A DNA stretch of 64,000 bases from a virus: positions 1 through 64,000 of IMG/VR virus record IMGVR_UViG_3300030085_004590; one strand, 5' to 3'. This document shows positions 17,571-28,199 of this stretch, in pieces. Under the pieces are notes generated by a model that did no database searches, had not been told where the DNA came from, and was given only the letters and a program-made list of their open reading frames with translations. A program made the translations under genes and the position numbers. The number at the start of each line of letters is the position of its first letter. The stretch's first letter is position 1.

Positions 17571-20500
17571 TGCCACACAGTAATAAACAACATATGGCCC
17601 CACAATTAGATGGAAAAAGACGAGGACAGATTGTCAACGATGGTAGTATTGTTGCAGGTGTTGAGGTTGTTGGTAAATGGGAATGGAATGGTAAGAGATG
17701 GGTTGATATTACACCTCAACCAAAACAAAGTTTATACACACGAGATATGGGCCCAGCAATTGAAGTGGGTGATGGTGGTAATTTAGCGTTTGTACAACAA
17801 TCGGATTCAGTATCTGGTGGTAGAGCAACAAATCCAACTACCCTTATTGATAATGTACCTGTTTTTGACTTAGGACCAGGTGTAAGTGTTCCTGCTGTTG
17901 GTGGAATAGAATTTATACCAGGTGAAGGAGTACCACAAGCACCAGGTTTACAATCCATTGTTAGGGGTTGTATGGATAAAAAAGCAATTAATTATAATCC
18001 AAATGCAACTGTTGCAGATAATACAAGTTGTATTTATACTACTGTTGATACCGGCCCTTTATCAGAAACACCAAATCTTACAGTTGTAGTTAAAGCAAAT
18101 AGAGATTCTCAGATATTAATTGATGGTAAAGATTCACAAAAAAGGACATCAAGTACTTTTGTTTATACTGCAAAAGAATTATTAAGTGGTAAAACTTTTA
18201 AAGTTCAAAGTGGTGAGAATTATAAATCAAAAGATACATATAAAGTTGCGGCGGTTAAGAAATTTTTTGAAAAACAAATTAAACCAATTCCTTTTGTAGA
18301 TGATAATCTTAGTATTTCTATTGATGAAAATGAAAGAGGTGTATTAAATGAAACAAAAAACTTTGGTAATATACTTTTCCCTTACTATGAATTTCAAATC
18401 TTAAAAAATGGCAAACCATTTAGAACATTTGGTAGTGATTATAAAAATTTATTACAAAACCAAATAGTAACACTTGATTTTAATTTAGAATCAGATGTGG
18501 TTAGAGTAGACCCAAAACCCGTTGGTACAAAAGTATTTATTACATCTAATGTTTCATCAAATGATATAATAAGATATAGAACATCAACTGGTCAAACTAA
18601 TTTACTATTAACAGATGATGAGGTTGAGTTAACTTTAAAAAGAAATGCAGATAGTACTCCATTGTACATTGAATTCTTTGGTGTTGGAATTGATGAAACT
18701 ACCCATACGGTAACTTATAGTTTTGATACTCCAAACAAAAGGGCAACTGAAAAGATAAACACTATTGATTATAAACTTGAATTACAAGAAGGTACAACTA
18801 ACATTACAGTTGATGCAGTAAAAGTACCGAAAGAAAAACCAATAGATATTCCTTTATTAAATGTATCTTCAAATAAATTTAAATACAATATAAACACCAA
18901 AGAATCTTTAAAGATAGAATATAATACTGTAAACGCAGATAGGATAGAATATTCATTAGGTAAAACTAAAAGAGAAGAAAAATCAAGTGGTACGATTGTT
19001 TTATCAGAAAAAGATTTCTTAAATGGAGTTGGTACATATACTCTTTATATTCAAGCAAGAAATAAAATTGGTGGAAGTGATGTAGAGAAAATAACTATTG
19101 TTGTTGAGAGTAGAGAATTCATACCAGGACCAGATATTACAAATATAAACTATCCACAAAATATTCAAGGTGCAGATTTCAAAGAATTTAATGTACCATT
19201 CGATATTAGTTGGCAATCTATTAATACTGATTACATTAGAATTTATGCTGGAAAATACAATCCACAAGCAGAAAAAGATTTCTTCTTAGGACAGTTCGGA
19301 AAATCCGGTAAAGCAACATTTACAGTTGAAGATGTATTAAGAGTAGCAAGGAGACAATTTGATGAGGATGATAATATTCTACAATTCCAATTATTCTTAA
19401 TACCTTTTAACGCACAAGGAGATTCACTTACATCTGGTAAAGTAGAAAAAATTAACATATCATTTGATAAAGGTGATTTAACTTTAAGAAGAGGAAATGT
19501 TATCGGTGATATTAGAAAAGCATTTGAATATTGTTTTGATTATTCTCAATTTGATGAACATACATCACCTTTACTTACTCATTATCTACATTTAGGTGAC
19601 GGAGAAAATAAATTAATATCAACTTATGGTATTGATGATGAAACATTTTCTGAATATACAATTGTTGATGAAACAAATGAAAGAAAAAAGATAAAAGAAG
19701 AAAAAACAATTGTTTTAAAATTATATGAACCATTAGAAGGTGGTATAGATGTAAATGATAAAATATGGATTTCTAAGATTCAATCTATACCTTTAATAGA
19801 CCAAATTACTATCCTTGATGATGTATCATCTGATTGTATTCCTTTAACACCAAATCTAAGTTTAGAACTTAACGATGATATAGGATATCAGATTTACGAT
19901 GATTTAATAGCAAGTGGTTCAACTTCTTCAGAAGCAGTAATACAAGAATTTGTTTCAGGTAGTGGATTTTCATTAGATACACTTGAATTAGAATATACTT
20001 CAGGTAGTGGATACCAGTGGGGTAATTTTGTAAAATATTCATCTGCAAAAGAGAGAGTTGCAAACTTCTATTACAAAATGAAGTTGTTAGAATCATATAG
20101 AAGTAAACATGAGTTACTAGCAACTGCAACTGGTTCTGCAGGTTCAGTTTCAAGTCAAAACGAACAAAGAAGAGTACTTGGAAAGATGTCAGAAATCAAA
20201 CAAAATTTTGATGCATTTGAAAAACACCTTTATACAGTTAGTGGTTCGTTACAATATCCTAAGAGTGGAACAAGTAATATTAAGTTAACAGATACTGGTA
20301 GTATTCTTAACCCAACTGGTTCTGAAGCAACAAATTGGTATAACACAATTTATGCTACAGCATCTGCATACGATAGAGATAATCCTCAAAGGTTAGTAAA
20401 TAATTTACCTGCACACATTCAAGATGATGCTAAAGGACAAGAATTTATTTTATTCTTTGATATGGTTGGTCAACACTTTGATATTCTGTATCATTATATA

Positions 20501-22981
20501 AAAAGATTATCTAAATCAAAGAAAACTGAAAATAAATTTAAAGATGGAATTATAAGTGATTTAATGTATGAAATGTTAAGTTCACTTGGTTGGGATGCTG
20601 ATTTAGGAATATCATCTGAAACTCTTTGGGAATATGCATTTGGTGAACACTCAGATGGTACTCAAGTTTCTACAATGTCAGGTAAAGATAGACAACAAGA
20701 AACATGGAGAAGAATTTTAAATAACCTACCTTATCTATATAAACATAAAGGTACTAAGAGAGCAATTCATGCAGCATTATCTATTTATGGAATTCCAAAT
20801 TCTATGTTAACAATAATGGAGTTTGGTGGACCAAAAGATAACACTACTTCAAGATTAGTTAAATATAGTTATGATGATACAACATCTGCATTAAATATTT
20901 CTGGTTCTCAACAACTTATTATACCATGGAAACCAACTGATGGTAATTATCCTCAATCAGTAGAATTAAGAGTAGAAACTAATACAAAACAATCTCAAAC
21001 ATTAGTTTCAAGTAGTGGTTGGAGTTTAGATTTAAATTACATATCAGGCTCTTCAGCAAAATTACAATTAAATGTATTATCTGGTTCAACATATTATTCT
21101 GAATCGACTGAAACATTCCCATACTTTAATCAAGATTATACTCAGATTGTTGTAAATAGAACATCTGGCTCATCTTCAACATTTGAATTTTTTGCTAAAG
21201 AAGGATTTCAAGAAAGAATTAGAAATCAAGTAAGTGCATCATTTACGATTGGTAATAACAATGGTTGGAGAGATGGTTCAGAATTATTAATTGGTGGTAT
21301 GGGTATTAGTGGTAGTTCGTTTACTGGTTCAGTAGATGAAATTAGATTATGGAACACCCCACTATCTCAATCAAGAATTGATAATCACGCATTAAATGGT
21401 GATGCAATTGATGGTAATCATTCTTCATCCTCAACAGAAGATTTATTATTAAGAGTAGATTTTGAAAATCCAAGAAACCTAACATCGACTGGTAGTGATT
21501 GGAGAAATACATATGTATCACAATCAATGGTATCTGATGGATTGACATCTTTATCTGGTTCATTAGAAAGTGTTTCACCGATTACAACTTACGCTAACTT
21601 TATTACTGCATCTAACTTCCCATCAGCATCGTATCCATATGGATTTACATTCTATGATAGAAGAAATACATCAAATGTACCAAGCGTAGGATTATCAGTT
21701 GGGGATAAAATAAGATTTGAAGAACAAACATTAACTTCTAACTTATCATATAGAAGTAGAGGAACTAAAAAATCGTTTGACCAATCACCACTTGATTCAG
21801 ATAAATTAGGATTATTCTTCTCACCGGCAAAAGAATTGAATCTTGATATTGTAAAAACTATTGGTGATTTTAGTATTGATGATTTAATTGGAGACCCAAG
21901 TGATTATTATGAAGATGGATATACATCTTTAGATAGATTCAGAAACTACTATTTTAGTAGATATAATGTAGATTTCCACGAGTATATTCAGTTGGTAAGG
22001 TATATTGATAAATCTTTATTTAAACTCTTGGAAACACTTGTTCCTGCAAGAGCTAAGGTAACTACTGGTTTATTAATTGAACCACATATGTTGGAAAGAA
22101 GTAAGATTAAAAGAAGTAAACCAACAGGTTCAAATGACCAATATGAAACTTCAATTGGTATTCAAGATGAGATGATTGTTACATCTTCGAAAGATGATTA
22201 CACTGCTGAACTTGATACAACAAATATTACAATATTATCTGGTTCAAAACATTTTCATGAAGGTGAAATATTAGAAGCAGTAAGTAGTAGTTTAGTTGGT
22301 ACAAAAGATAATTACCAAAGTATAATATCCGCATCAGATAATTTTATCACTACTGGTGATATTACAAGAAACTCTGGTTCAGATATGGCAGGATTTGATA
22401 TTAGAATTGAAGCAGTAATATCTCAATCGGTACAAGGAGAATATGATTCAACTGCTTATCAACAAATTGGAATGGACCCTAACTCACTTACAATTGCTGG
22501 ATTTGGGTTATATGGTAGTGGTTCAAATGCAATTATCACAAAATTAGATAAAGATAATAATTTTGTTAGAGAAAGAAGTAAAGTATTTTTAATAAAAGAA
22601 TCATATACAGTTGATGTACCACAAAATATAAACTCAAATGATTCATCTTTAGGTACAGAATTGGTATCACAAACACGATACAGACACTTTATTAATATTT
22701 TACCTTTTACTGGTTCAAATGGTTCTGAATCAACAGACCCAACTGTTACTGGTAATGTTGTTGAAGTAAAACCTTTAAATGGTGCATTTGCATCTCATTA
22801 CATAAATACTGGTGATTTAACAACAGGTTTAGAAAACTCATATTTTAATGGTTCAAAACAAACTGCAGCAACTACCTTAGATGGTAGTTCTCCTATTCAA
22901 ACATTCACTACTAATCCAAATACTCTTAAAGTAAATGATGGTGGTAGAGGAAGTGGAGAACCAATTTTAGAAGTAGAATAA
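17570..22981 (+). CDS. large baseplate wedge protein (gp7-like) with LamG domain
   Basis: RILNNLPYLYKHKGT..AI...L.IYG (gp7/P2-I-like motif); F.G.VDEIRLWN.PLS LamG motif. Confidence 0.7.
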   Translation: MPHSNKQHMAPQLDGKRRGQIVNDGSIVAGVEVVGKWEWNGKRWVDITPQPKQSLYTRDMGPAIEVGDGGNLAFVQQSDSVSGGRATNPTTLIDNVPVFDLGPGVSVPAVGGIEFIPGEGVPQAPGLQSIVRGCMDKKAINYNPNATVADNTSCIYTTVDTGPLSETPNLTVVVKANRDSQILIDGKDSQKRTSSTFVYTAKELLSGKTFKVQSGENYKSKDTYKVAAVKKFFEKQIKPIPFVDDNLSISIDENERGVLNETKNFGNILFPYYEFQILKNGKPFRTFGSDYKNLLQNQIVTLDFNLESDVVRVDPKPVGTKVFITSNVSSNDIIRYRTSTGQTNLLLTDDEVELTLKRNADSTPLYIEFFGVGIDETTHTVTYSFDTPNKRATEKINTIDYKLELQEGTTNITVDAVKVPKEKPIDIPLLNVSSNKFKYNINTKESLKIEYNTVNADRIEYSLGKTKREEKSSGTIVLSEKDFLNGVGTYTLYIQARNKIGGSDVEKITIVVESREFIPGPDITNINYPQNIQGADFKEFNVPFDISWQSINTDYIRIYAGKYNPQAEKDFFLGQFGKSGKATFTVEDVLRVARRQFDEDDNILQFQLFLIPFNAQGDSLTSGKVEKINISFDKGDLTLRRGNVIGDIRKAFEYCFDYSQFDEHTSPLLTHYLHLGDGENKLISTYGIDDETFSEYTIVDETNERKKIKEEKTIVLKLYEPLEGGIDVNDKIWISKIQSIPLIDQITILDDVSSDCIPLTPNLSLELNDDIGYQIYDDLIASGSTSSEAVIQEFVSGSGFSLDTLELEYTSGSGYQWGNFVKYSSAKERVANFYYKMKLLESYRSKHELLATATGSAGSVSSQNEQRRVLGKMSEIKQNFDAFEKHLYTVSGSLQYPKSGTSNIKLTDTGSILNPTGSEATNWYNTIYATASAYDRDNPQRLVNNLPAHIQDDAKGQEFILFFDMVGQHFDILYHYIKRLSKSKKTENKFKDGIISDLMYEMLSSLGWDADLGISSETLWEYAFGEHSDGTQVSTMSGKDRQQETWRRILNNLPYLYKHKGTKRAIHAALSIYGIPNSMLTIMEFGGPKDNTTSRLVKYSYDDTTSALNISGSQQLIIPWKPTDGNYPQSVELRVETNTKQSQTLVSSSGWSLDLNYISGSSAKLQLNVLSGSTYYSESTETFPYFNQDYTQIVVNRTSGSSSTFEFFAKEGFQERIRNQVSASFTIGNNNGWRDGSELLIGGMGISGSSFTGSVDEIRLWNTPLSQSRIDNHALNGDAIDGNHSSSSTEDLLLRVDFENPRNLTSTGSDWRNTYVSQSMVSDGLTSLSGSLESVSPITTYANFITASNFPSASYPYGFTFYDRRNTSNVPSVGLSVGDKIRFEEQTLTSNLSYRSRGTKKSFDQSPLDSDKLGLFFSPAKELNLDIVKTIGDFSIDDLIGDPSDYYEDGYTSLDRFRNYYFSRYNVDFHEYIQLVRYIDKSLFKLLETLVPARAKVTTGLLIEPHMLERSKIKRSKPTGSNDQYETSIGIQDEMIVTSSKDDYTAELDTTNITILSGSKHFHEGEILEAVSSSLVGTKDNYQSIISASDNFITTGDITRNSGSDMAGFDIRIEAVISQSVQGEYDSTAYQQIGMDPNSLTIAGFGLYGSGSNAIITKLDKDNNFVRERSKVFLIKESYTVDVPQNINSNDSSLGTELVSQTRYRHFINILPFTGSNGSESTDPTVTGNVVEVKPLNGAFASHYINTGDLTTGLENSYFNGSKQTAATTLDGSSPIQTFTTNPNTLKVNDGGRGSGEPILEVE

Positions 22982-23046
22982 GAAATAATTATTGAATTTT
23001 AAAAATAGTTATATTTATATATTGTAACATAATAGGGAAAAAAACT

Positions 23047-23670
23047 ATGGCATATTTAGATAATACAGAAATTACAGTAGATGCAATTCTTACTAAAAAA
23101 GGTAGAGAAAAACTTGCATCGGGTGAAGGTCTTAATATCACCAAGTTCGCTTTAGGTGATGATGAGATTGATTACACATTATATGAACCAGCACATCCAA
23201 AAGGTTCAGCATACTATGATGCAGCAATTAAAGCAATACCAGTAACTGAGGCATCACCAGACGAAACACAAACTTTAAGATATAAATTAGTTACTCTTCC
23301 AAAGGGTACTACAAAGATTCCAAAGGTAGAATTTGGTGTTCCATCTATTTCTGTAAACCAAAATAGTGGTCAAGTTTCCCTTACACCAACTACATCACCA
23401 AGTGGAAATACACAAAGTGGATATACAGTAGTTTTATCAAATAAAAACGCTGGTAGTATTGTTGGTGCAGGATTATCGGGTGTTGCAAGTTCAGTTCCAA
23501 CATTCTTAGGAGATGAAATAACTGCAACAGCAGCAATAGAGACAGGATTAACATTTACATTTATACCTAATCCAAACATAACTGCTACAATTGCAACAAC
23601 GATTACAGTATATGGTAATGAGACGGGTGGTTCACAAACTATACCAGTAACGATAACTTATGTATCATAA
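23047..23670 (+). CDS. tail/baseplate protein
   Basis: ILTKKGREKLA...ITKFALGD resembles the N-terminal half of the tail-collar fibre domain. Confidence 0.55.
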   Translation: MAYLDNTEITVDAILTKKGREKLASGEGLNITKFALGDDEIDYTLYEPAHPKGSAYYDAAIKAIPVTEASPDETQTLRYKLVTLPKGTTKIPKVEFGVPSISVNQNSGQVSLTPTTSPSGNTQSGYTVVLSNKNAGSIVGAGLSGVASSVPTFLGDEITATAAIETGLTFTFIPNPNITATIATTITVYGNETGGSQTIPVTITYVS

Positions 23671-23690
23671 ATTAAAGAGGAAATAATAAA

Positions 23691-24917
23691 ATGGCACAAA
23701 TAACAGGACAAGCAGGAGTAAACTTAACACAAGAGTTGGCAAATTATTTAGATGCCAGTGGTGGTAATTTAACTTCAGAACAATTATCAACAATTATCAA
23801 TCAATATCTTTCAGGTGGTGATAAACTTGGTGCTAGTGGTGGTTCAATCTCAAATGGTATCTATAAAAGATTCGGAGAGTTTGACCAAGTAAATGGTAAA
23901 ATACAAGTTGTTACTACTGGTCTTTGGAGTGGAGATACTGGTTCATTAACTTCATTCTTTACTTCATCTGTACAAGAAGCAGCAGCAAGTTCAAACTACT
24001 ATGTAAATGTTTATGATACTGCTGCAAGTGCATCAGTACAATTTGCAGTTGCATATGGACATAAATTCGGAAGTGGTTCAGTATCACTTGCAAATAATGA
24101 TGATTCTAAATTAGCAACAAAAGCAACTTATGCACAATATCGTTCAATACTTTTAGACCAAGATGATACAAAATTCTCAGTTCCTAATAGTTCAGGTTCA
24201 ACTCAAGAAATAGATGATATTTTTATTATTAACCTAGCAAGAGCAAGATATAAAGAAAAAATGGATGCTGGAAACTGGTCACTTAAATTAAGTGGTTCAA
24301 ATGGTATTTCAACATTCATCGATGATAGTGGTAAGAAATTTTCAGATACAGTTGGAAAAGCAGGTAGAGTATTTGATGTAGTATCTGGTTCACTTAACCT
24401 AGGTTCAGAAAACGAAGCAACAATTGTAGCAAAATATTCAAGTGGTTCACTTGCACAAGGACAAGGGTTTGGTAAATTTTATCCAGACCAAGGTATTATT
24501 GTTCTTAATCCTAACGCAATTACAGCATCTATCGGAGCATCAATCGATAAAGATTCAGCAAGAGGAGCTGGAATTGAGTATGGTGTAGCTGCAGAAGAAA
24601 AAACTCACTTCTGGTTATTTAATGCAGTTGAAGGTGGTGGAGATTTCGAAGCAAGAAGAACAGAAAATGTTTCTACATCACACTACTTTGTAAGAGCAAC
24701 AAACAGAGAATTTAACTTCTCTAACAACCCAACATTCGTAAGTGGTTCAGATAATTCATTTGCTGAATCATCATTTGAAAGAGACCCTAAAACTTTCATT
24801 ACAACTGTTGGTTTATATAGTGATTCAAACGAATTGTTAGCAGTAGCTAAAACATCACAACCAATTGCTAAATCATTTGATAAAGAAGTATTAATCAAAG
24901 TAAAACTTGATTTCTAA
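23691..24917 (+). CDS. tail/baseplate protein
   Basis: C-terminal ITTVGLY....LLAVAK.SQPI.K; paralogous C-terminus to 25007. Confidence 0.6.
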   Translation: MAQITGQAGVNLTQELANYLDASGGNLTSEQLSTIINQYLSGGDKLGASGGSISNGIYKRFGEFDQVNGKIQVVTTGLWSGDTGSLTSFFTSSVQEAAASSNYYVNVYDTAASASVQFAVAYGHKFGSGSVSLANNDDSKLATKATYAQYRSILLDQDDTKFSVPNSSGSTQEIDDIFIINLARARYKEKMDAGNWSLKLSGSNGISTFIDDSGKKFSDTVGKAGRVFDVVSGSLNLGSENEATIVAKYSSGSLAQGQGFGKFYPDQGIIVLNPNAITASIGASIDKDSARGAGIEYGVAAEEKTHFWLFNAVEGGGDFEARRTENVSTSHYFVRATNREFNFSNNPTFVSGSDNSFAESSFERDPKTFITTVGLYSDSNELLAVAKTSQPIAKSFDKEVLIKVKLDF

Positions 24918-24945
24918 ACCGTAGGCACACATTTTCAAACATAAC

Positions 24946-24971
24946 AAACCCCATCGTGAATGGGGTTTTTT
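24946..24971 (+). terminator. rho-independent terminator
   Basis: AAACCCCAT-cgtga-ATGGGGTTT followed by a T tract. Confidence 0.85.
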
Positions 24972-25006
24972 ATTTCAATATATTTATATAGAGGAATATT
25001 AGCAAT

Positions 25007-26146
25007 ATGTTAAAGGTAATACCAAAATCAAGTATAAATCTTAGAACATTTAAAGTTCATAAGAAATTTACACAAACTTACGCAACTAATCCAGCATATA
25101 TTGGAGAAGCAAGTAGTGGAAGTTCGTATGAATCTTCATCTGCAGCAACAACAAATAATATTGCTCATCATCCATTATACGCATCAATTAAATCAAGATA
25201 TTACAAAAACGATGGTAATATAATTACTACATATGGTGAATACGATGATTTAGGTACTATTGCAAACGAAAGAGTTCTTGATAATAAAATAACAGTAATA
25301 TCTGTACCACAATCTAAAAAAGGATTAGGAATTAAACCAGGTAGTGTCTTACTAACAGATTTAGCAACTGATACAACTTATAGAGATAATGAAGTTGGTA
25401 GTATTGCAACTCAAACACCACAATATACAATTACATCATTAGATTTTCAAACTGGTGAAATAATTCTTGTAGATGCAGATGGTGAAGATTTTACAGGTAC
25501 ATTATCATCGTATGACCCAAGTACAGGTCTAAGTACTTTGACATTTGGTAGTGATACTGATATTGTAAATATTACATTACTTGATTTAAGTAGTGGAGTT
25601 TTAAAAACAGCAGCACCACTTGATTTTGATGGACTTAGTATTGATGAGGCAAGATATGGAAATATATTTTATTCTGATGGTATAATTGTAATAGAAGAAA
25701 GTGCAGAATTAGTTTCTTATAGTTTAGAATATCGTTCAACTGAAACAATAACAGAACAAGAAATTTTACTTACTGCAAAGGCAGGAGAATTTAACTATTC
25801 ACAAAACCCATCGGCAATTGAAGCACAACTAAGTGGTTCATACGATTTCACAACTACAGCAATACCTAATGTTTCTCCAGCAAGAACAAGAACAATAAAA
25901 GAATATAAAGATATCAAACGAAGAGAGTTCTATTCTGGTTCCTATTTATCATCTGTAAGTGGTAGTTGGGAAGATTATTTTACAAGTGCATCGATAGACC
26001 CAACGGGTTCATATATTTCAACATATATTACTACAATCGGTCTTTACGATAAAGATGGAGATATGGTTGCAGTGGCAAAATTACCTAAACCAGTTAAGAA
26101 TTTACCAGATTACGATGTTAACTTCCTAGTTCGTTTTGATGTATAA
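25007..26146 (+). CDS. tail/baseplate protein, paralogue of 23691
   Basis: Shared G.FY.DG/QG.IV, EFN.S.NP and ITT.GLY....VAVAK motifs. Confidence 0.6.
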   Translation: MLKVIPKSSINLRTFKVHKKFTQTYATNPAYIGEASSGSSYESSSAATTNNIAHHPLYASIKSRYYKNDGNIITTYGEYDDLGTIANERVLDNKITVISVPQSKKGLGIKPGSVLLTDLATDTTYRDNEVGSIATQTPQYTITSLDFQTGEIILVDADGEDFTGTLSSYDPSTGLSTLTFGSDTDIVNITLLDLSSGVLKTAAPLDFDGLSIDEARYGNIFYSDGIIVIEESAELVSYSLEYRSTETITEQEILLTAKAGEFNYSQNPSAIEAQLSGSYDFTTTAIPNVSPARTRTIKEYKDIKRREFYSGSYLSSVSGSWEDYFTSASIDPTGSYISTYITTIGLYDKDGDMVAVAKLPKPVKNLPDYDVNFLVRFDV

Positions 26147-26202
26147 TCGTATATTTATAGTAAGAAGTTACAAATTATTAACTTAATATAAGGAATAAAA
26201 TT

Positions 26203-26403
26203 ATGGCAGTAAAATACAACATTATAGATATCGAAGGAAATATTACTCATGAGGGTATTTCTATTGATGAAGTAAATGAAATTTTAGAAGGTGCAGAAAT
26301 CAACGCATACTGGAACGATGAAGGCTTATTAGAAAGATTCAAAGAAGAAGGTAATGTTGGAGCACATATTATTGAAACAATCGAAGAAGAAATAGAAGAG
26401 TAG
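26203..26403 (+). CDS. small acidic hypothetical protein
   Basis: Open ORF after ATATTTATA 26151. Confidence 0.6.
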   Translation: MAVKYNIIDIEGNITHEGISIDEVNEILEGAEINAYWNDEGLLERFKEEGNVGAHIIETIEEEIEE

Positions 26404-26407
26404 TAAT

Positions 26408-26590
26408 ATGGCATCAATCGAAGAACTTTACAATAAATCAGAGTTTTCTAAATTAGGTAATTCTAATAAAGATAAGACTCCTCTTATATCGGCTGATTCT
26501 GATAAATTATCAGTTGATGAAAAAGCTTTAGAAAAAGCAAGAGGTGGTAAATTAAATCAAAAAAAATATTCTGATAGCGTTTCTTACTAA
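26408..26590 (+). CDS. small hypothetical protein
   Basis: Open ORF in operon. Confidence 0.6.
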   Translation: MASIEELYNKSEFSKLGNSNKDKTPLISADSDKLSVDEKALEKARGGKLNQKKYSDSVSY

Positions 26591-26617
26591 TTAAGGTAAG
26601 AAAATAAAATCATTAAT

Positions 26618-27199
26618 TTGAGTTTACTTATAAACCATTATTCTAAATGGGCATTTGTTCATATACCAAAGACTGGTGGAACTTCAATCACAAAAATCTT
26701 ATTAGAGGATACTAATACTGAAGAAGTATCGGTGCATGATTCTCTTAGAATGTTAGATTGTGATGGTAGTTATTTTATTTTTACAATAGTTAGAAATCCA
26801 TTTACCAGAATTTGTAGTGCATTTGAGGACGAATACCGAAAAGGAAATACAGAACATGATTTTGGTTCATATTTAAATAATATAGACCCAACAAATGTTT
26901 GGACATTCCCCCAAAGTTATTTTATTAACGCGGGACAAACTAAAGATAAAAAAATTTCACACATAGCAAGATTTGAGAACTACGAAGAAGATTGTAATGA
27001 AATTTTAGAAAAATTAAATTATTCAAAAACAATTCCGCATCTTAACCGAAATCCAATTTACGATAGACATCCAAATTTAAATCAAGAAGAATATTACTCA
27101 AAAGTATATTTTACAGAAGATTGGATGATTGATTGGGTTCGAGAAAGGTACAAAGATGATTTTAAGATTTTTAACTATGGGATGGACTTACCAAGGTAG
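26618..27199 (+). CDS. sulfotransferase (Sulfotransfer_2 family)
   Basis: 5'-PSB HIPKTGGTSI; 3'-PB VRNPF.R..SAF; Y..DF..F.Y end. Confidence 0.85.
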   Translation: MSLLINHYSKWAFVHIPKTGGTSITKILLEDTNTEEVSVHDSLRMLDCDGSYFIFTIVRNPFTRICSAFEDEYRKGNTEHDFGSYLNNIDPTNVWTFPQSYFINAGQTKDKKISHIARFENYEEDCNEILEKLNYSKTIPHLNRNPIYDRHPNLNQEEYYSKVYFTEDWMIDWVRERYKDDFKIFNYGMDLPR

Positions 27200-27620
27200 A
27201 CCAATAACAGAAATTTCTGATATGCCCGAGGGGACTATCGGATTTATATACAAAATTACAAATCACCAAACAGGTGAATACTATATAGGAAAAAAATCCT
27301 TATATGCAAAAAGAACCTTACCACCATTAAAAGGTTATAAAAGAAAAAGAAAAGTAATTAAAGAATCTAAATGGAAAGAGTATCGTTCTTCTAATACTAA
27401 AGTACAATTGTGGTTTCACGAAAATGAAGCAGCAAAATTAGTAAATGACCAAGATAAAATCAATGATTCATTGGAAACAAAAATACTAAGATTTTGTAGT
27501 ACACCTAAATCATTAACCTATTATGAGGTAGAAGAACTATTTCAACATAGAGTTTTATCTGATGAATTATCCCTTAATGATAATATATTAGGAAAGTTTT
27601 TTAGAAAAGATTTACAATGA
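27177..27620 (+). CDS. GIY-YIG-like nuclease
   Basis: GFIY.ITN......YIGKK; start more likely ATG 27177 (MGWTY). Confidence 0.7.
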   Translation: MGWTYQGRPITEISDMPEGTIGFIYKITNHQTGEYYIGKKSLYAKRTLPPLKGYKRKRKVIKESKWKEYRSSNTKVQLWFHENEAAKLVNDQDKINDSLETKILRFCSTPKSLTYYEVEELFQHRVLSDELSLNDNILGKFFRKDLQ

Positions 27621-28156
27621 AAATACTAGTCATAAGTGCGATTAGATGTGGTGGTTTATATTTTACCGAACAAATTGCATCTAATTATAGATTATCATTA
27701 TTTCATGAACCAACTGCAGAAATTCTTGAAGAAACCTTGAAGGATAATAATTGTATAGTAAAACTTTTTGTTTCTAATCCATGGATGAAACCCAAAGAAC
27801 TCAGAGAGTATGCTGAAAATTTTGATAAGATTTTTATTTTAGATAGGAGAAATAAAGAAGAACAATTAAGGGCAACTTTTTATATGTATGAATATTCACA
27901 TGATATGTTAGTTGAGTATTATTGGGAAGATTCGATGTTTGATAAAGAAAATCCTAAAAACGATAAACAGTATTATATTGATTGGTTAAATAGAATGACT
28001 AAACGATTAGAGTTCATTTCAGAGGTTTTAAAGGAAGATATTATATATTATGAAGATTTATACTATCAAACAGATAAAGTTGATTTAAAGGGTTTAAAAT
28101 TCGTACCAGATTTAAAAAAGAAATTAAGAAAAAAAAGTGAAAAAAAACTTGTATAA
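27617..28156 (+). CDS. sulfotransferase-like P-loop protein
   Basis: IRCGG.YF (RSGS-like), FHEP, L.RRN..EQ and I.YEDL. Confidence 0.55.
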   Translation: MKILVISAIRCGGLYFTEQIASNYRLSLFHEPTAEILEETLKDNNCIVKLFVSNPWMKPKELREYAENFDKIFILDRRNKEEQLRATFYMYEYSHDMLVEYYWEDSMFDKENPKNDKQYYIDWLNRMTKRLEFISEVLKEDIIYYEDLYYQTDKVDLKGLKFVPDLKKKLRKKSEKKLV

Positions 28157-28179
28157 TTGAAATATTTTTTGTATATTTA
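28148..28179 (+). promoter_or_regulatory. Bacteroidetes-type promoter variant
   Basis: CTTG, 20-nt spacer, TATATTTA; shares GTATATTTACATAGT with the 3125 promoter. Confidence 0.6.
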
Positions 28180-28199
28180 CATAGTTTTATTGGTAAATT

